Assembly (NCBI GenBank): GCA_951406725.2
Contig: OX597814.1
Location: 72,230,001 to 72,294,000, forward strand
Source: Octopus vulgaris
Taxonomy: Eukaryota
Reading direction: 5' to 3'
DNA length: 64,000 bases
The translations under genes were made by a program, and so were the position numbers. The notes under the pieces are model-generated. The model made no database searches, had not been told where the DNA came from, and worked only from the letters and a program-made list of their open reading frames with translations. This document shows, one piece after another, positions 1 through 13,904 of the stretch. Numbering within the stretch: position 1 is the stretch's first letter; each line of letters opens with the position of its first letter.

Positions 1-827
1 GTTCCAATTCATTTCTAAAAGCGAAGATATGAGAGCTTGTTATTGTTTATATTATGACTATTTATACTGTAGTTCTATATTTTCAATAATTCTGTCTAAA
101 GCACTAATAATATCATCTAGATAACTGCCATTATCTTTTAATTCTAGGTACCCTTTAAGTACATGTGACAGGCATGTGTACACACACACATGCATAATTC
201 TAAATTTGATGTTATTTTCATAGTCTCTATTCTGTATTTGTTCTGTTGTGCTTGTATATGATTAGAGGCTAGTCAAAAAAGATGATATAGGTTGTGTAGG
301 TAGATGATTGATTAGAATTAGGATCTTTGGAGCTTTTCTCGGCTGTGAAAAAGACAGTCATGAAAGCAAATGCTAGATTATAAATTTGGGAACACTGTTG
401 AAATCTGAGTTGTTTCCCAATGAGAACATAGGAAGCAATATTGGTAATATACAGTGAGCAGGGATGGAGAGCTATCAAAGCTTGCATTAATTCTTTCAGG
501 TTAGTACACAACTACAACTGCTGAAATATTTTCAAATTTTTAGGTGTGTATATACATGTAAGTGCATTTATGCACTCAAAAGACTCCTAAACATAGATAT
601 TTTCTGTTACCCAGGTGATATTAATGCTAGAGCTAAGTTTAATGAAAATATTGTGGTTAGGGTATTAATAAACTGGTTAATATGAAAAAGTTCAGTTAAC
701 TTTTCTTCACATAAAGACTCTCTCTGTCTCTCTCTCTCTAAATATTACCATAATATACTGTTCAAAATATAACTACCTGTTAAAGGAATCCTGTCCTATT
801 ATCAAAGTATATTTATTTTCCTCTTAG

Positions 828-917
828 TGTGAACTTCTGGAATGCATGCTTATATCACTTGGAGATATTGCAGAATGTGATTCAAAAAAATTCATATCAC
901 TTCTTGATAAATTCAAG
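828..917 (+). CDS. NUP188: Nucleoporin NUP188-like, internal exon (first in window), phase 0-0
   Basis: ttattttcctcttAG acceptor and GTAAGA donor. Encodes CELLECMLISLGDIAECDSKKFISLLDKFK, aligning with recalled vertebrate NUP188 SMLLEIIFLYY...LLVLTKMFK. Confidence 0.85.
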
Positions 918-1247
918 GTAAGAAATCATTTGCTTTTCCTAAAACAGATTTTAGCAGAATATCCTAATATCATGGTAGTAAATATTATTATAATATAATC
1001 AAGTTATTTTGAAACTTCCATATTTTCTTGAATATTCTTTAAATTAATTTCATAATTTTTACACTTATTATTTTTATTGAAATTTAGTTCGGTGTTGTAT
1101 TTATTATCTGAATCACTTAGTCATGAATACTTATAACATACATGTATGGATTTTGTCTTACTTTTGCTGATTAGTATGAATTAAATATGGAATTATATTG
1201 GCATTTCTTTCAACATATTAAGTAAATTTAAATCATTTTAAATCTAG

Positions 1248-1324
1248 AATCAAGGTTTTGGTCAATGGCAGAAATTCTGCCATGTACTTGATGTATCTTC
1301 CGAAAAGTACCTGAAAAAAATTGA
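1248..1324 (+). CDS. NUP188: NUP188-like internal exon, phase 0-2
   Basis: tctAG / GTAAGT. Encodes NQGFGQWQKFCHVLDVSSEKYLKKI, matching recalled EQGFGSRQTNRHLVDETMDPFVDRI. Continues the frame of the previous exon. Confidence 0.88.
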
Positions 1325-2716
1325 GTAAGTTCTTTTCAATATTTTCAATTCTATTTAAAATGAAGAGTTCCATTTAAAGAAAAGTCGTTTTTTGTAATAT
1401 ATTTTTGAATAGTTAAGAAACACTGGCAGTTTTGTTTTCACTGAAAGTGACATTGCCAAGAATTCAATATAAATAAATACATCTTCTGAAGCCAAATTTT
1501 TTTTGAAAACCATTTAAAAAGTATTATAAGAGATTTGCCTTCTTTCTTGTGGTGTAAGACATCAGTTGTTCTTTTGAAGTAATGTCATATTATTGATGCT
1601 TGAATAATCAAGTATATTTTACTTCACTTGAGCTCACTGAAAGTCTCTACCAGTAGTATCTTGATTATTTTATAAATGTTACTGCTGTTATATCAGTATC
1701 ATTAATTAATGTAGTCCAGATCAGATGAATCCACATTCCTATTCTTGTTTATTTACACTTGTTTGGTCTTGAGATTTGCTGCCTTTATATGCAATATCCT
1801 GAGGTTATCAATATGTTCTGATAATAAATGTTTATCAGTTTATTACTGAGAAAAGGTCATTGCTATGTTTTATAATTTGATGCAAAATTTGGATTCTGTA
1901 TAAATTCATTGACTTCCATCTCTTTTATCTATCATGATTGTTATCTTTGGTTTTAATCTACTCAACCAAAGAAAGAACCATTTAAAATTTCTTTTCACAT
2001 TTTCTTAAGACTAAAAAAAAAACAAGAGGGTGGGGAATGCCAATAATATTAACTTGACTCAAATCATTGGCTAGTAATACTCTTACTTCAGTCATTCTGA
2101 GTTGCATGCCTTTGTAAACTATTCATTTTGTTTGCTGTCTTACTATTAAGCTTAGGTACTTAAACACAATCAACTTTTAAATAAAAACAGCTATTTTGTA
2201 CTGCAGCCCTTATATATGGTGAGCATCATATGCAGTAGGCAATAAAAAGATAAGTAGAAATAATTATTTTGTGAGGAAAAAAACAATTTTAGTTTTATTT
2301 AATTATTCTTGCAAATACAGAAGATAACAGTGATATGTATGTATTGCTGAGAAGGTCTACTAAGACAGAAACACATCCAGGATTATCTATTATACTTAAA
2401 ATAATTAAAAAAAAGATGTCATTAATTATTATCATTTCTCCACTTTATAAACATTTCTAAATTTTCTCTTTAATTTTCTCTGCATCAAATATGTAGAAAG
2501 AATTAAAATAACACTAACTTGACCATTGTTTTTAGGTAATTTCTACAGCATTGGCTTGTTTTTTTTTTACTTGTTAAAAAGTATGATAAATTTATCTGCG
2601 GAACATGAAAATATTACTTGGTTATATTTGTGAACCATCCACTTAAGATGTATTTCTATTTAGTTTTTACTTATTGAATATAAATTTCTAAATCATAAAA
2701 CATAGTATATCAGATA

Positions 2717-2817
2717 AGACCGGAGCCTGGTGCAGCCTTCTGGCTTCCCAGATCCCCGGTCGAACCGTCCAACCCATGCTAGCATGGAGAACGGACGTTA
2801 AACGATGATGATGATGA
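2717..2817 (+). mobile_element. Short 3' tail of an RTE-type LINE/SINE ending in (GAT)n
   Basis: ccaacccatgctagcatgga...ttaaacgatgatgatgatga. A near-identical copy is at 53568-53667. The same tail terminates the RTE copy at 38090-38127, and reverse copies are at ~10435, ~15408 and ~27368. Confidence 0.75.
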
Positions 2818-3049
2818 TTTCAGTTGGGTGATCTCTTGTCTAAAATGTGTGACCATGGAGAACAGCTGTTAAGAAAAAATGATATATTATCATTTACAGT
2901 GTAAAATAGACTGAAAATGTTTAAAATCATTTGTTCTGAAACAAATTGCTCAAAGTAATCAGTTAGTGTTTTTCTTTAATTCAATATTTGAATAAATCAC
3001 TAAAAACATCTTTCCTCAGCTTTTTCATTTTATTTTTTTCTTTTATAAG

Positions 3050-3121
3050 GTACTTACAAATTATCATGATTTTGAAGATCCTTGACTTTGACTTAATTCA
3101 GCTCTGTGCTAAGAATAACAG
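3050..3121 (+). CDS. NUP188: NUP188-like internal exon, phase 2-2
   Basis: Long polypyrimidine tract + AG / GTAATG. The only open frame is the phase-2 one: (E)YLQIIMILKILDFDLIQLCAKNN, similar to YFSALILVEGMDIESLHKCALDD. Confidence 0.85.
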
Positions 3122-3167
3122 GTAATGTTGATTCAGTAATGTTTCCATTCTGATTACTGACTATCTA

Positions 3168-4000
3168 CCAGGTGCATTCTAGAAGTTTTGAGACTTTTCA
3201 GGGAAGACATTGATTTTAAAAAGAGTACAAGATTCCAATCTCCGAAGTAGGATCTCCTGATTTAGTGCACTTGTAGCACTCAAGCAACTTCATGAAAGCC
3301 CTGTGGAAACCCTCCAAAGTGAAGGTATCCAGGACCCTTGTCACAGTCATTCTCATCTTTTTCAGTTTAGGGAGCAACCAAAAGTTACTGGTAGCAAGGT
3401 CTGAACTGTAGGGAGGGTGCAGGACAGTCTTGATTTCCATCTCTGTCAAGTAGTTGGTTACCAGGATAGAATTGTGGACTAGTGCATTGTCCTGGTGTAC
3501 TGTGACCCTTTGTAATGAAATCTTTTCCTGAACCCCTTTCAAACCTCCACAAAGTATTCTTTGTTGACTGTCTGGCCAGAGGGAACCTGGTGAATGTAGA
3601 TGATGCTCTTGGTGTCAGAAGAGAATATCACAAGCTTCCTAGTGGACTTACAAAAACACAGATGCTCAGCTCATACAAGTTAATCCATAAGCAGCCAGGA
3701 GCATTTCGTAAGTTTCTGTTGTGTTTTTGTCCAGTTTAATATTAAACTTTATTGCATAGTGAGCTTCTAAATTGTCTTTCATGTCCCAACTGCATTCTGC
3801 AAACTAATCAGCTGTGACAAACTGTTTAAGTAGGGTTATTTTTAAAGTGCTGTTGCAGCCGTCTCCTTCAGTTTGGAATAGCAAAAGCTGGCAGGTTGTT
3901 TTATTAGATGTGTAGGAATGATTTACTAAAATTACAATAATCTAGGACAGTTATAACTGATTTTAAAAGAAAAGTCTCAAAACTTCTGGAATGCACTTTG
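3168..4000 (-). mobile_element. Mariner (Tc1/mariner) defective element
   Basis: TIR ggtgcattctagaagttttgagacttttc (3171) is inverted at 3969-3997. ORF 3216..3542 has the transposase motifs HQDNA and HPPYSSDLATSNFWLLPKLK. Confidence 0.85.
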
Positions 4001-4771
4001 CTTTTCAAATCTTTTTAAATACCTATGGGAAAATACAATGGAATTTTTCTTTTATTTTCCTTAGCCTCTTGGAAAAAGTATTTTCTGTTAACCAAACCAA
4101 TTATAGCAACACATATGATGTGTGCATGATTATCATTTCAACAACTTTCAAATTTGTGGGATTAGCATTTCTTCACCACTTATTGCCCAGTAGATGAAAA
4201 ATACATTTATTTATATTTTACTAGATATCTTATTGAGTTTAGTTTGTATTTAGACAGGTACCTAACATGTCTGTGTCAGTATTTTTGTGTATATTCAACC
4301 TCCAAAAACACAAAATTTCACTTTACAATTTTGTTTTCTGCATTGTAATGTATCTCATGGGACAAAACCATCTCAGCCAGTGATTTATTGGATAGTTATG
4401 TAGTTATATAATTGAATCCTAATCACTTCTCTTGGTAACGTATTGTTTGTAATTTTAACTCTTTGCAAGAAAGACTGGATTTAGAGTCAGAAAACTAATA
4501 ATGATATATTCACCAATTTTTCTGTAAACTATTAAGTCACAGTCATGTTTACATGATTTCATTGATATAGTAAATAATGTTTTCACTTGATAATCAATAA
4601 CTTAACAATAAATCTTTATGGCACTAAATTTCATGTACTATCTCACACTGTACAACAACTACTATCATTATTGTTGTTGTTTGTTTTAGATTACTATTCT
4701 AATGAAACATCATTTCAATTATTCCAACTTTTTCATTGCTGTTATTTGTAATTTTTGTATATTTTTTACAG

Positions 4772-4814
4772 CTTTCATCTGCATCCCTTATTAAAAGATA
4801 GTGAAGACTTCAAA
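4772..4814 (+). CDS. NUP188: NUP188-like internal exon, phase 2-0
   Basis: ttttttacAG / GTATGT. Encodes (S)FHLHPLLKDSEDFK and restores phase 0. Confidence 0.8.
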
Positions 4815-5789
4815 GTATGTATTAAATTACATTTATAACTTCTTTATTAACAAATAATAGACTTTAAATATTATTGGTTGTTTTACTTCTATTCTATTTT
4901 ATTTCTTCATTTTGTTTTCATTTGTCTCATCTTCTTTTATGTATTTTGAAACAACAGTTTCTTCTTAGATTGATCTTTGTTTATATGTTTCTCTTTACTT
5001 TCAAGAAATATAGTATCAATTATTTATTTTGTAAAAATTTTGTAAGAATTAAAATTATTGTCTTTCAGCTTATATAGGAGAATGGGCTGAGATTGTCATA
5101 AAAATCATAAACAATTGAGTCTATCTTTTCTTATTTTCATAGGGTGACCTCATGGTTCATTACATTTAAAGCTTATATCCAACTGTATCCCTCTTATTAT
5201 ATCATTATTATTATCTTTATTTTCATCTTGCTCACAATCAAACATGAACTATGAGACGGTTCAGTTAGATAATTAGAAATTTATAAATGAATATTTGGTC
5301 TGTTGAGAAATATAAACTACATAGGGGAAGGGTATAACTATTGATTGTTCTTGAGAATTTCAGTGGCTGAGTAGGTAAGACGTTAGTCTGCTGTCTTATA
5401 CTTTTAGAATTCAAATCCACTGCTGGTGTCTCATTGACTAGAGGAAGACATTATGTGAGTTCCAAACAATGGACCCAGAATTTTCTGGCAGTTGTCTGTA
5501 TTTGATTAATGACTAATGTCCATGCTATTGAAATAACTAATATCTTTTAGTGTCACTCTCCACACACCTTTAAGTAAAATCAAATATTTAATATGGTTTA
5601 GTTTCTGTTTGTCATCTGTTGTAATTTAATATGTACATATGCTTTAGCTAAGATTAAATTGATGAATTGTTATTGTATAGAGTCTTCCAGTGCCATATTA
5701 TAGTTATTTTTCATATTTGGAATATTTTTATAACTCTAAATATTTGATTTGATTGGGTAACTGTTTTCCTGTTGAATGACATTCCTTAA

Positions 5790-6868
5790 CCCTTTCGTTA
5801 CCAAACCACCCATGCCACCCGAAAAAAATTTTGGTTAATGTGACCAAACCTGCCCGTATTTACCTATTCATATTTAAATGAGAATATCAGAGCAAATCTC
5901 TTTAGTACATTCGTGAAAACAAGTGATTATACTTCGTAAACAGTTTATCTACAGTTTTGTACAACGATCGAAGTGTAATTTTACTTCTGTGAATTTTGGG
6001 AGATTTTTTTCCCGAAATTTGTTCCTATTATGTTTTCAGAATTTGTAATTCTGACAAAAAATGGATACGAATTTCATTATATCAAGCAGCGAGTCAGAAT
6101 TCAAAGGATTTTCTACTGAAGACCTTCATAAATCTAACTCTATGACTGAAAAAAAAAAAGCATGTGGTATTTGATAATGAATCTGATGTTTCATTTTCCG
6201 AAAGTGAAAACAGTGAATCCGAGAGCTCCGACAGCGATAAAGAAAATGAATTGGCACCTGAATGGAGTGAAAATTTAAAAACTGTTTCTTTCGGTGATTT
6301 TTCTGAAGAAACTGGACCAAGCCACAGACTTTCCCAGGAGAGTAAAGTGATAGACTATTTCTTTTTACTTTTTCCGATGAGTCTATTTGAACTCATTACG
6401 GCGGAAACGAACCGTTACGCTAAATGTAAACAAAGCGAAAGAAAGGATAGTTAGTGGTTTCCCACAACCTTAAGTGAAATTAAGACTATTTTGCCATAAA
6501 TATTATTATGGGTATCAGAAAGTTACCCAGAATAACAAATTCTATCATAAAATTTTGTTGTATACCCAATTGAATATTAGCTAATAACCCATTTTCTATA
6601 GCGATGTTTGAACAAAATTTTAATAATTTTATATTTTGTTGAATTTACCTGTATCTACCTGCAATTAGAGTCTCTTTGTGACAAAAATTATAGTATAGAA
6701 TTGGTTGAGAACATTACATTAAATTATCTTCCAAAAATCACATTAATATATTGATAAATAAAAAAGTTATAGTTGTTTAATGAAACCAGACTAAATTTAT
6801 GATTATGTTAGAAATTAATTGAAACACATAAGGGGTGTATTTTGGTCAGAAATATAGTAACGAAAGGG
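5790..6868 (+). mobile_element. piggyBac internal-deletion derivative
   Basis: TTAA|CCCTTTCGTTAC...GTAACGAAAGGG|TTAA. Only the acidic N-terminus and DYFFLLFPMSLFELITAETNRYA segment of the transposase remain (6061-6540, with frameshift and stop). Confidence 0.92.
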
Positions 6869-9800
6869 TTAAACAAAGTTAGCAGTAGGATGGATGACCA
6901 TTTAATTTTCAGTTTAGACAGTGATAGGGAACATTGGTAGGTTTTTAGGTGACACACATGGTGGACTTTGAAAGAAAATTTCCTTGCATTATCATGTTAT
7001 AAAAAGCTTACTAAAACTAAAGTACATATTTATATGGTGAGTGACACTCCGATTACAGAATTATTAAAGAAATTAAAATTTCAGTATCTAAGGTTGTAAA
7101 AAGGTTTACCATTGCTGATCTAGGATGTCAATGCTAATTAGAGTGAAGAACAAATTTAATTAATCCTAGTAGATTTGGAGTCCTGAATTGAGAAGGATGA
7201 AATAAAGTTCATTAGAGTTTTAAAAATATATAATTTCCCATTTAACAGTGAGATCAGGTAATTGTAAAAGAAAGTAATATAATTGTAAGAGAAGTTTAAA
7301 AAGGAAAAAATTGGAAAACTACCAGTGGTGACTATTGGCAAATGAGATATAGAATGCAGTTAACGAGTTTAGATAAGCCTGTATGCCATGGGAAGAAAAG
7401 TGACTTTTCATGTCTGACCTTTTGACTATGAGAAAAATTCCTCCTCTTTAATCCCACTAGCAGGTTGAAATAGTAGTGGAAGGATAGTGGGGGTGGAATA
7501 GAAAAATTACACTGGAAGAAAATGATGTAGAAGACATACTGCAAAATAAAAGAAAACATGAAGGAACAAAATGTTTGCTAAAATTTGGTAAAAGATCAAC
7601 TTAAAAGTGAAATAGGAGAGATCAACAACATGGCAAAAGAGGAAGTAGATATAGAGATTAGAATATAAGAAGAAAAACTAGTGTCATAAATTAAAGACAA
7701 AATAATTACTTTTCTCAAAAAAACAATAAAAAATTAAATGAAATGAAAGGGATAATTAAAATAGTGAAGGGAGGAAAGATAGAGATAAGATAAGGAAATT
7801 ATTAGAAACTAATTGGGAGGTTCAGCAAATCATTAGAAATGAAATAAAGAAATAGAGAATCTAAATAATAGGAACAAAAGAGACTTATAAGGGGCACAAC
7901 TGATGGCAATTGAAGAAAGTAGAGATATGGATAAACTAAAACAAATCTGTTATTACTAGTCTTTTTGTTTTGTTTTTTTAACTGGAAATTTTGGAAATAA
8001 AACAGTTTGTTTTTAATAAAATAATTGAAATAAGAAGAGATTACAAAATAAATAGAGGGAAAGAGAGATGTATTAGCTACAGTTAAAGGAGGCCATAAGT
8101 AAAACAAATGACAACAGCAATTGGTCAGAACTGGACTTTAGAAGAGAAGAATAAAACTAAAATGATTTTTATCCCAATTAAAAAGAAAGAAAAGAATCAT
8201 TATAATAATGTGTTGAAGAATAAGAGATGAAAGTATGATGACAGGATTAAAAGGAGAGAATGAAGTAAAAATAAAAGAGAAGAGAAGGAATTAAGAGAAA
8301 GAAAATCATTCATTGATGCTGGCATAGTTTATATAAGATACTGAATATGAAGATAGAAAGCTTCTCCTTACATTTAAGGTTTATTACAGGATTTATAATG
8401 TAAGGTTGTTAACTAGATAACTTGATGTATCCACCTTTGTCTTTCATTTCTATAAGATATTTGAATGTTGTTTTGTTTTTTCCTCTTTTATCACAGCTTC
8501 AATTTATTGTTATTCAAATATTGAAAACCTCAGTATTATTCCAGCTCCAAGAATTTTCTGTTTACTGTTTAATCTCTGGATGCTTGATTCTTCAGATAAA
8601 GTCCCATAAGCTTAGGCTTTAATATCCTTTCTAATCCTCCAGCTACAGACATCAGATCAGCAGAATTAAATTCCCTTATTATCTTATCCATTTCCAGTTT
8701 TTCATAGGCTAAGTTATTGGTATCCCTAAGGATTTTTTCTTAGTTCTTTTTATTGAGATTGCAAAGACATTCTCATTCAACAGCTATTTGGCTAGTTTCA
8801 GTTTCAAATTGCGGTTTCACATAAAGAAAATGTAGCCTTGGTAATTGAGGAGATTTTTAAAAAGCCATCTAGTGCTCAATGACTTGAAAGATTAAGCTTC
8901 TGTTTCACTATTCTCCATATCTTATTGAAAACAATTAGCATGTAGATATATTGTTTCAGTTCATTTTTATGTTTACTTTAGTGCAAGAGATATTGCACCA
9001 TAAACTAGAAAAATGGCCCTCCATACAAATCCTTAAAGATTCTCTATGATGTGTTTGTGTATATGTGCTTGCATGCATGTGCTTCATAAATGTTCTTTCA
9101 ATCAGTGAAAATTTAAATGTTACAACCTTTCTCACACGAATCTTAATTATTTAATTGGTACAAGAACATCAATATTTCCATTAAACTGGAACTAAATTCT
9201 GTCCAAAATTCCAATAACTATCTTCTATACATGTCTCTTATTGTTACTATTGATAGCCCCTTTCAACTATCAAAACCACTTGTTATTCCTTTATTCTAAA
9301 CAATTCCACTCTTTCATTATTCCTTCATTTTCATTTATCTCTATTTTGTAAACTGCATTCTAGAATTCCTTTCTGTTTATATTCACAAATTTCAGTTGTA
9401 TCCCTCTAACTTTTCTGTCTCAAACTCTCCCTCCAAGTGTGAAGTGGTAGAGTTCAAGCTGCTGTTTGTAAAATCTGCTATTAGTTGTAATCTTCCATAG
9501 TATATACACTAAAGACATTTGTCTTGATTTAATTTCAATAAGAAGCTATTTTTGCAATGTGAGTCAGAGATGTCTAAAGAAATTTTGAAATACAAATGTG
9601 AGAAAGATGCATAAATTAATACACGCAATATTCATAATCAACCCTTTGTATTCTTGTAAAACTTAACTTTAATGAAAAAACTTGACTGGGTGATTTTTAT
9701 TGTATTCATATCATCATAATTGTTGACTTTTCATCTTTGTTCAAGATGTAATTTGGTTTAGTAGAAATGGAGCAATAGTGTTATTGATTACAAAATTACT

Positions 9801-10214
9801 TGTTATAAGTTCACCCAGAGATCAAAGATAATACTTGAATTGGTTGTTTCTCCTATATTTATTGCTGTAAACTCATATTGGAAAGTTTTCTAAGACAGAA
9901 TCAATGAATTTCATGTCCATTCTCTCATATACTTGTGCATTCTCATAAAACGTATGACTCTGTGTGTATGTGTGTGTGTGCCTATTATGTACATAGATCT
10001 CTTTCTATCTTATATCTCCATATGAGTCATATTTTATTCCTTAAAATTTTGATAATCTTTCCGTATCTCATCTCTCTTACCTTTTATATGCATATTAATA
10101 TTTTCATTTCTTCAGTTACTATATCTACATATCTGTATTGGTCAACACTCACACACACAAACATATCCCAATGTTGTCATTCAAATATATTTGTTTATAC
10201 TCTCTCTCTTACAG

Positions 10215-10418
10215 ACACTTGACAAATCTTTTCGAAGTCTGTCAGGCTTACCAACTCATGGACCACTTCTTCTTGGTTGGACTGTTACTCGGAGTTGCCA
10301 TAGTGTGGACCGAGAAGATGAACGTATCATACGTAAACTTGGTTCACAAGCTACCCAACTGAAGTCTTTAAATTATATAAGTACTATGCTAGAAGGACCA
10401 CATTTTTCATGTGATAAT
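10215..10418 (+). CDS. NUP188: NUP188-like internal exon, phase 0-0
   Basis: tctctcttacAG / GTAAGT. Encodes TLDKSFRSLSGLPTHGPLLLGWTVTR...IIRKLGSQATQLKSLNYISTMLE..., matching recalled GDIPHHAPVLLAW...VVRKIGGTAIQLNVFQYL. Lies within ORF 10191..10544. Confidence 0.92.
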
Positions 10419-10544
10419 GTAAGTAAATATGCACCATCATCATCATCACCATCATTTAACATTCATTTTCCATACTGGCATGGGTTGGATGTTTTGACAG
10501 AAGCTGGCAAACCAGAGAACTGCAGCAAGCTCTACTATATATAG

Positions 10545-10997
10545 ACAACAACTGACTCACCTGCCATTTCTCTCCATTTTCTCCCACCATTTGGGCTCCC
10601 CTACCAAGGGTTCTAGCATTTACTTCTCTCACCACATTATCCATATATAAATTAAACAACCCTGTCTTTACCCCACCTTCATATCAAACTACTCACTTAC
10701 TTCACCACCCACCCTAATGTATGCCCTACTTTCTCTATAAAAACTCTGAACAGCTCTCAGCAATCTACCATCTACTCCATACAACCGCAACACCTGCCAC
10801 ATTGCATCCCTATCCACTCAGTCATATGCCTTCTCTAGGTCCATAAAGGCCCAATACACCTCCTTCCCTTTTGCCAAAAACTTCTCACACATGCTTGATC
10901 TATACACCCCCTTCCACTCCTAAAACCAACATTGCTCCTCCCCTAGTACATTCTCTGTCTGGTTCCACACCCTAACAACCAGAATTCTCCCATACTT
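10545..10997 (-). mobile_element. RTE-clade LINE reverse transcriptase fragment
   Basis: Minus strand gives KYGRIL...VLGEEQC-FRSGRGCIDQ...CEKFLAKGKEVYWAFMDLEKAYD...FNLYMDNVVREVNARTLGRG, with frameshifts. Confidence 0.85.
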
Positions 10998-13814
10998 ATA
11001 CTCCTAAAATGTTTTTTTCATCCATGTTACTAGTATAAAAGAACAAAATAGGTAATTGATAGTGAGTTCAGATTTCATGAATTCAATATCAGATTATCTG
11101 AGAAATATTGAAAAATTTATTGGATAGTGCTGTAATCATTTAACATCTATCTTCCAAGTTGGCTGGCTTGTGTGCTTTAACAGGCTTTACTAAGCCAGAG
11201 AATTGTGTCAACCTCAAGTAACTATTTTGGCATGGTTTCTACAGTTGAATGCCCTTCCCAGTGCTACATATATTACTGGGTGTTTTGGGTTTCTATTTTC
11301 TTTCTTTTTTTTTGTGATACTGGCACTAGTCAGGTAACCAGGTAACTCACTAGAGAATGAGAAAGTCTGCACAAAGTGAGATTGTTGTGGAGAGAATAGT
11401 GTTGAGAGGCCAAAGTATGAGGAACAGGTATCTTGCTATAGAAGAGATACATGGCTATATAAGGGTGAGTTGGAGTTGCTGGAAACAAGAAAATGGGGAT
11501 GAAGTGTCAGAGCATACTCTCAAGAGTAAGAGAGAATACAGACTGAGAATAAGGCAAGGTGGGTGGATAAATGTATTAGACTGTGACTAGAGAGTTATAG
11601 ATGGGAGTGGAAGTGAATGTAAGGGATGGAACAAGGGTGGAGGTGTAGGAGGTGGCAAATATAATATGGGAGTGGGAGATGAGAAAAACAGAAAAGGCTC
11701 AGGAAAGAGGAGGTAATATGTGGAAGTGCAGGAAGGGTAGAGAGAAGCAGTATAATAAACCTGAGTAGAAAATAGGGAGATGATGTACAGGGTGGGAGAA
11801 TGAGGATAGGCGTGCAGTGACAGAGATGAATCTAGGAGTAGCTATAGTAAGTGGGCAAAGATTGTGGCGAAACTGCATGGCAGATAAAACTCCCAGACTT
11901 ATAAAGAAGCCAATGAGATCAAGGGATATATTTCTGAGAATAGAATATTAAATGCTCCATCAGTGCCAATGCTAACAGCCTTAATTGTTAGAATTGACTC
12001 TGATGTAACATTTAGCATGGTTGTATTCATTCAGTGACAGTGGTTATATAGATCAATTTAAAGTTAGCCATGGTCTGTAGTATGAGGGAGTAATATGATT
12101 TGGGGCTCTGATTTTCAGTTATGTTTCCCTAATTAGCAAAACTGAATACATCTAAAGAATTGTAATTTACAATTCTTTAGATAATAGTAAATATTTGATG
12201 GAGTGTGTCTTGAACCAAGTAAGGTAGAATAGCAGTTTGTCATTAAGAGAGTATCATCGTTTGGTATATAAAAAAAATATTGGCATCTTTCCACAGATCA
12301 TAGTAAATAGCTTATTGATAGAAGATTTGGTATGTATTCTAGTTTTCTGCTTTGTTTCAGCACACCTAGATTATCCAGTAGTCTATGCTATTGTTTTAAT
12401 CTGTCAGAAAATCCTTACTGGTATTAAGTTAAGAAATCTATATCAAAGAAACAGTGCAGTAATACTTGAACTGCTGAATCTCTTCAAGATAGTAATTTCT
12501 TCAATTTTATTCACATGTTTAAGCTATGATGTACAAACTTCTGACTTTTCAAGTCATTGTAGTCATTTTCTATTTTGTTGTTGTTACTTTCCTCATCTGG
12601 CTTTTATTTGAACTGAGAAACATTGAAGTAAAATTAAATTTTAACAAAACAAGTGAAATGAGTGAGAAAATATTCACAATTATTGAACACTGTCTGAATA
12701 TGTATGCTTTTTACTCATTGTCTTTGTCATTTTCTATCTTTGCATTTCTAATTTTTTGTTCAAATTCTCAGTAAAATATTAAACCAAGAGAAGATTAAAA
12801 TTTTATTAGTTCCTTTCATGTTGTTGAGAAAATATTCATTTGGTAGGGAAAACTTTGAAAATGAAAATTGAATATTACATTACAAATGGAAGAAAATATT
12901 TTTTCTCAATCCAAAACAATTAGATGAAGAATTTTGATTAAAGTTTCACTAAATCTTTTTAGGTAATTTTATATATTTTCTTCATGTCGACATGTGTATG
13001 AAGTAGCAGATATATCTTCATATATATCTTCAAATATATCTTCAACAGGCTACTTAGCTGATGGATTTAAAAGCAAATTTAAATAGAAGACTTAGTTTTC
13101 ACAATACTTTTATATATTTATGGAAAGCCAATGAAATAATATTTTTATTTAAAGCATTCACTTTCATCATAAAATAGTTGTTAGAGCTTTGCATTCTGAA
13201 AATAGAAAATGTGATGTTTATAATTTTGATATTGATCTATTTTGTTTCCAAAATCTTGCAATATTTTGTGTGGTTCAGTCTAGCTTGATGGACTAAGTTG
13301 AAATAAAGTGCACTTGAATGATTCAGCACCTTAAATAATATAAAGTGAGCTCTGGGTTAATAATTGTATAGATGTGATAAATAAATTTTTCTCTAAAATT
13401 TGTTAGTATTGTATCAACTTAAGTTAAACATCTTTCTTCTCTTTTAGTAATCCAGTAGACCAATAATTAGCTCATGAAAGTGTTTTAGTCAATTAGAGAA
13501 TTATTAATCTTAACTCTATTGCTTTCCTATATTCAATTAACAATGCAGTGACTTTGAAAAAAATATTTTAAAAAGCAAGGACATCATTTTTAATTGTCTT
13601 ATTATTTTCTGAGATATTAATTTCTCAGAACTGTGATATTTTATTTTGATTTTTCTCTTCATTGTATTTCTTTTCTTTTTAGTAAAATTTTTTCAAATAT
13701 GTTTCCTAACTGGCAATGATTTCATTGTTTTCTTTATTAGATGTCACATGTTACATCTTTTTCTGAAGATATTTCATCTGCAATATCTAATGAGGTTTTC
13801 TGTTGTATCACCAG

Positions 13815-13904
13815 GTTGTTTCATCAGTTGCATACTGTACTGTATATACCCTCCTCTGTACATTACTTGATCAGTTTCAGGAAGACACTGTAGGTGGCGT
13901 AGAG
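13815..13904 (+). CDS. NUP188: NUP188-like internal exon, phase 0-0
   Basis: caccAG / GTAAGA. Encodes VVSSVAYCTVYTLLCTLLDQFQEDTVGGVE, similar to TTSTACMCVYGLLSFVLTSLELHTLG. Confidence 0.85.

Noticed and set aside
5069-5180. AG acceptors as extra NUP188 exons
   Set aside because: In-frame stops occur in the required phase, and the alignment is already continuous from 4814 to 10215.
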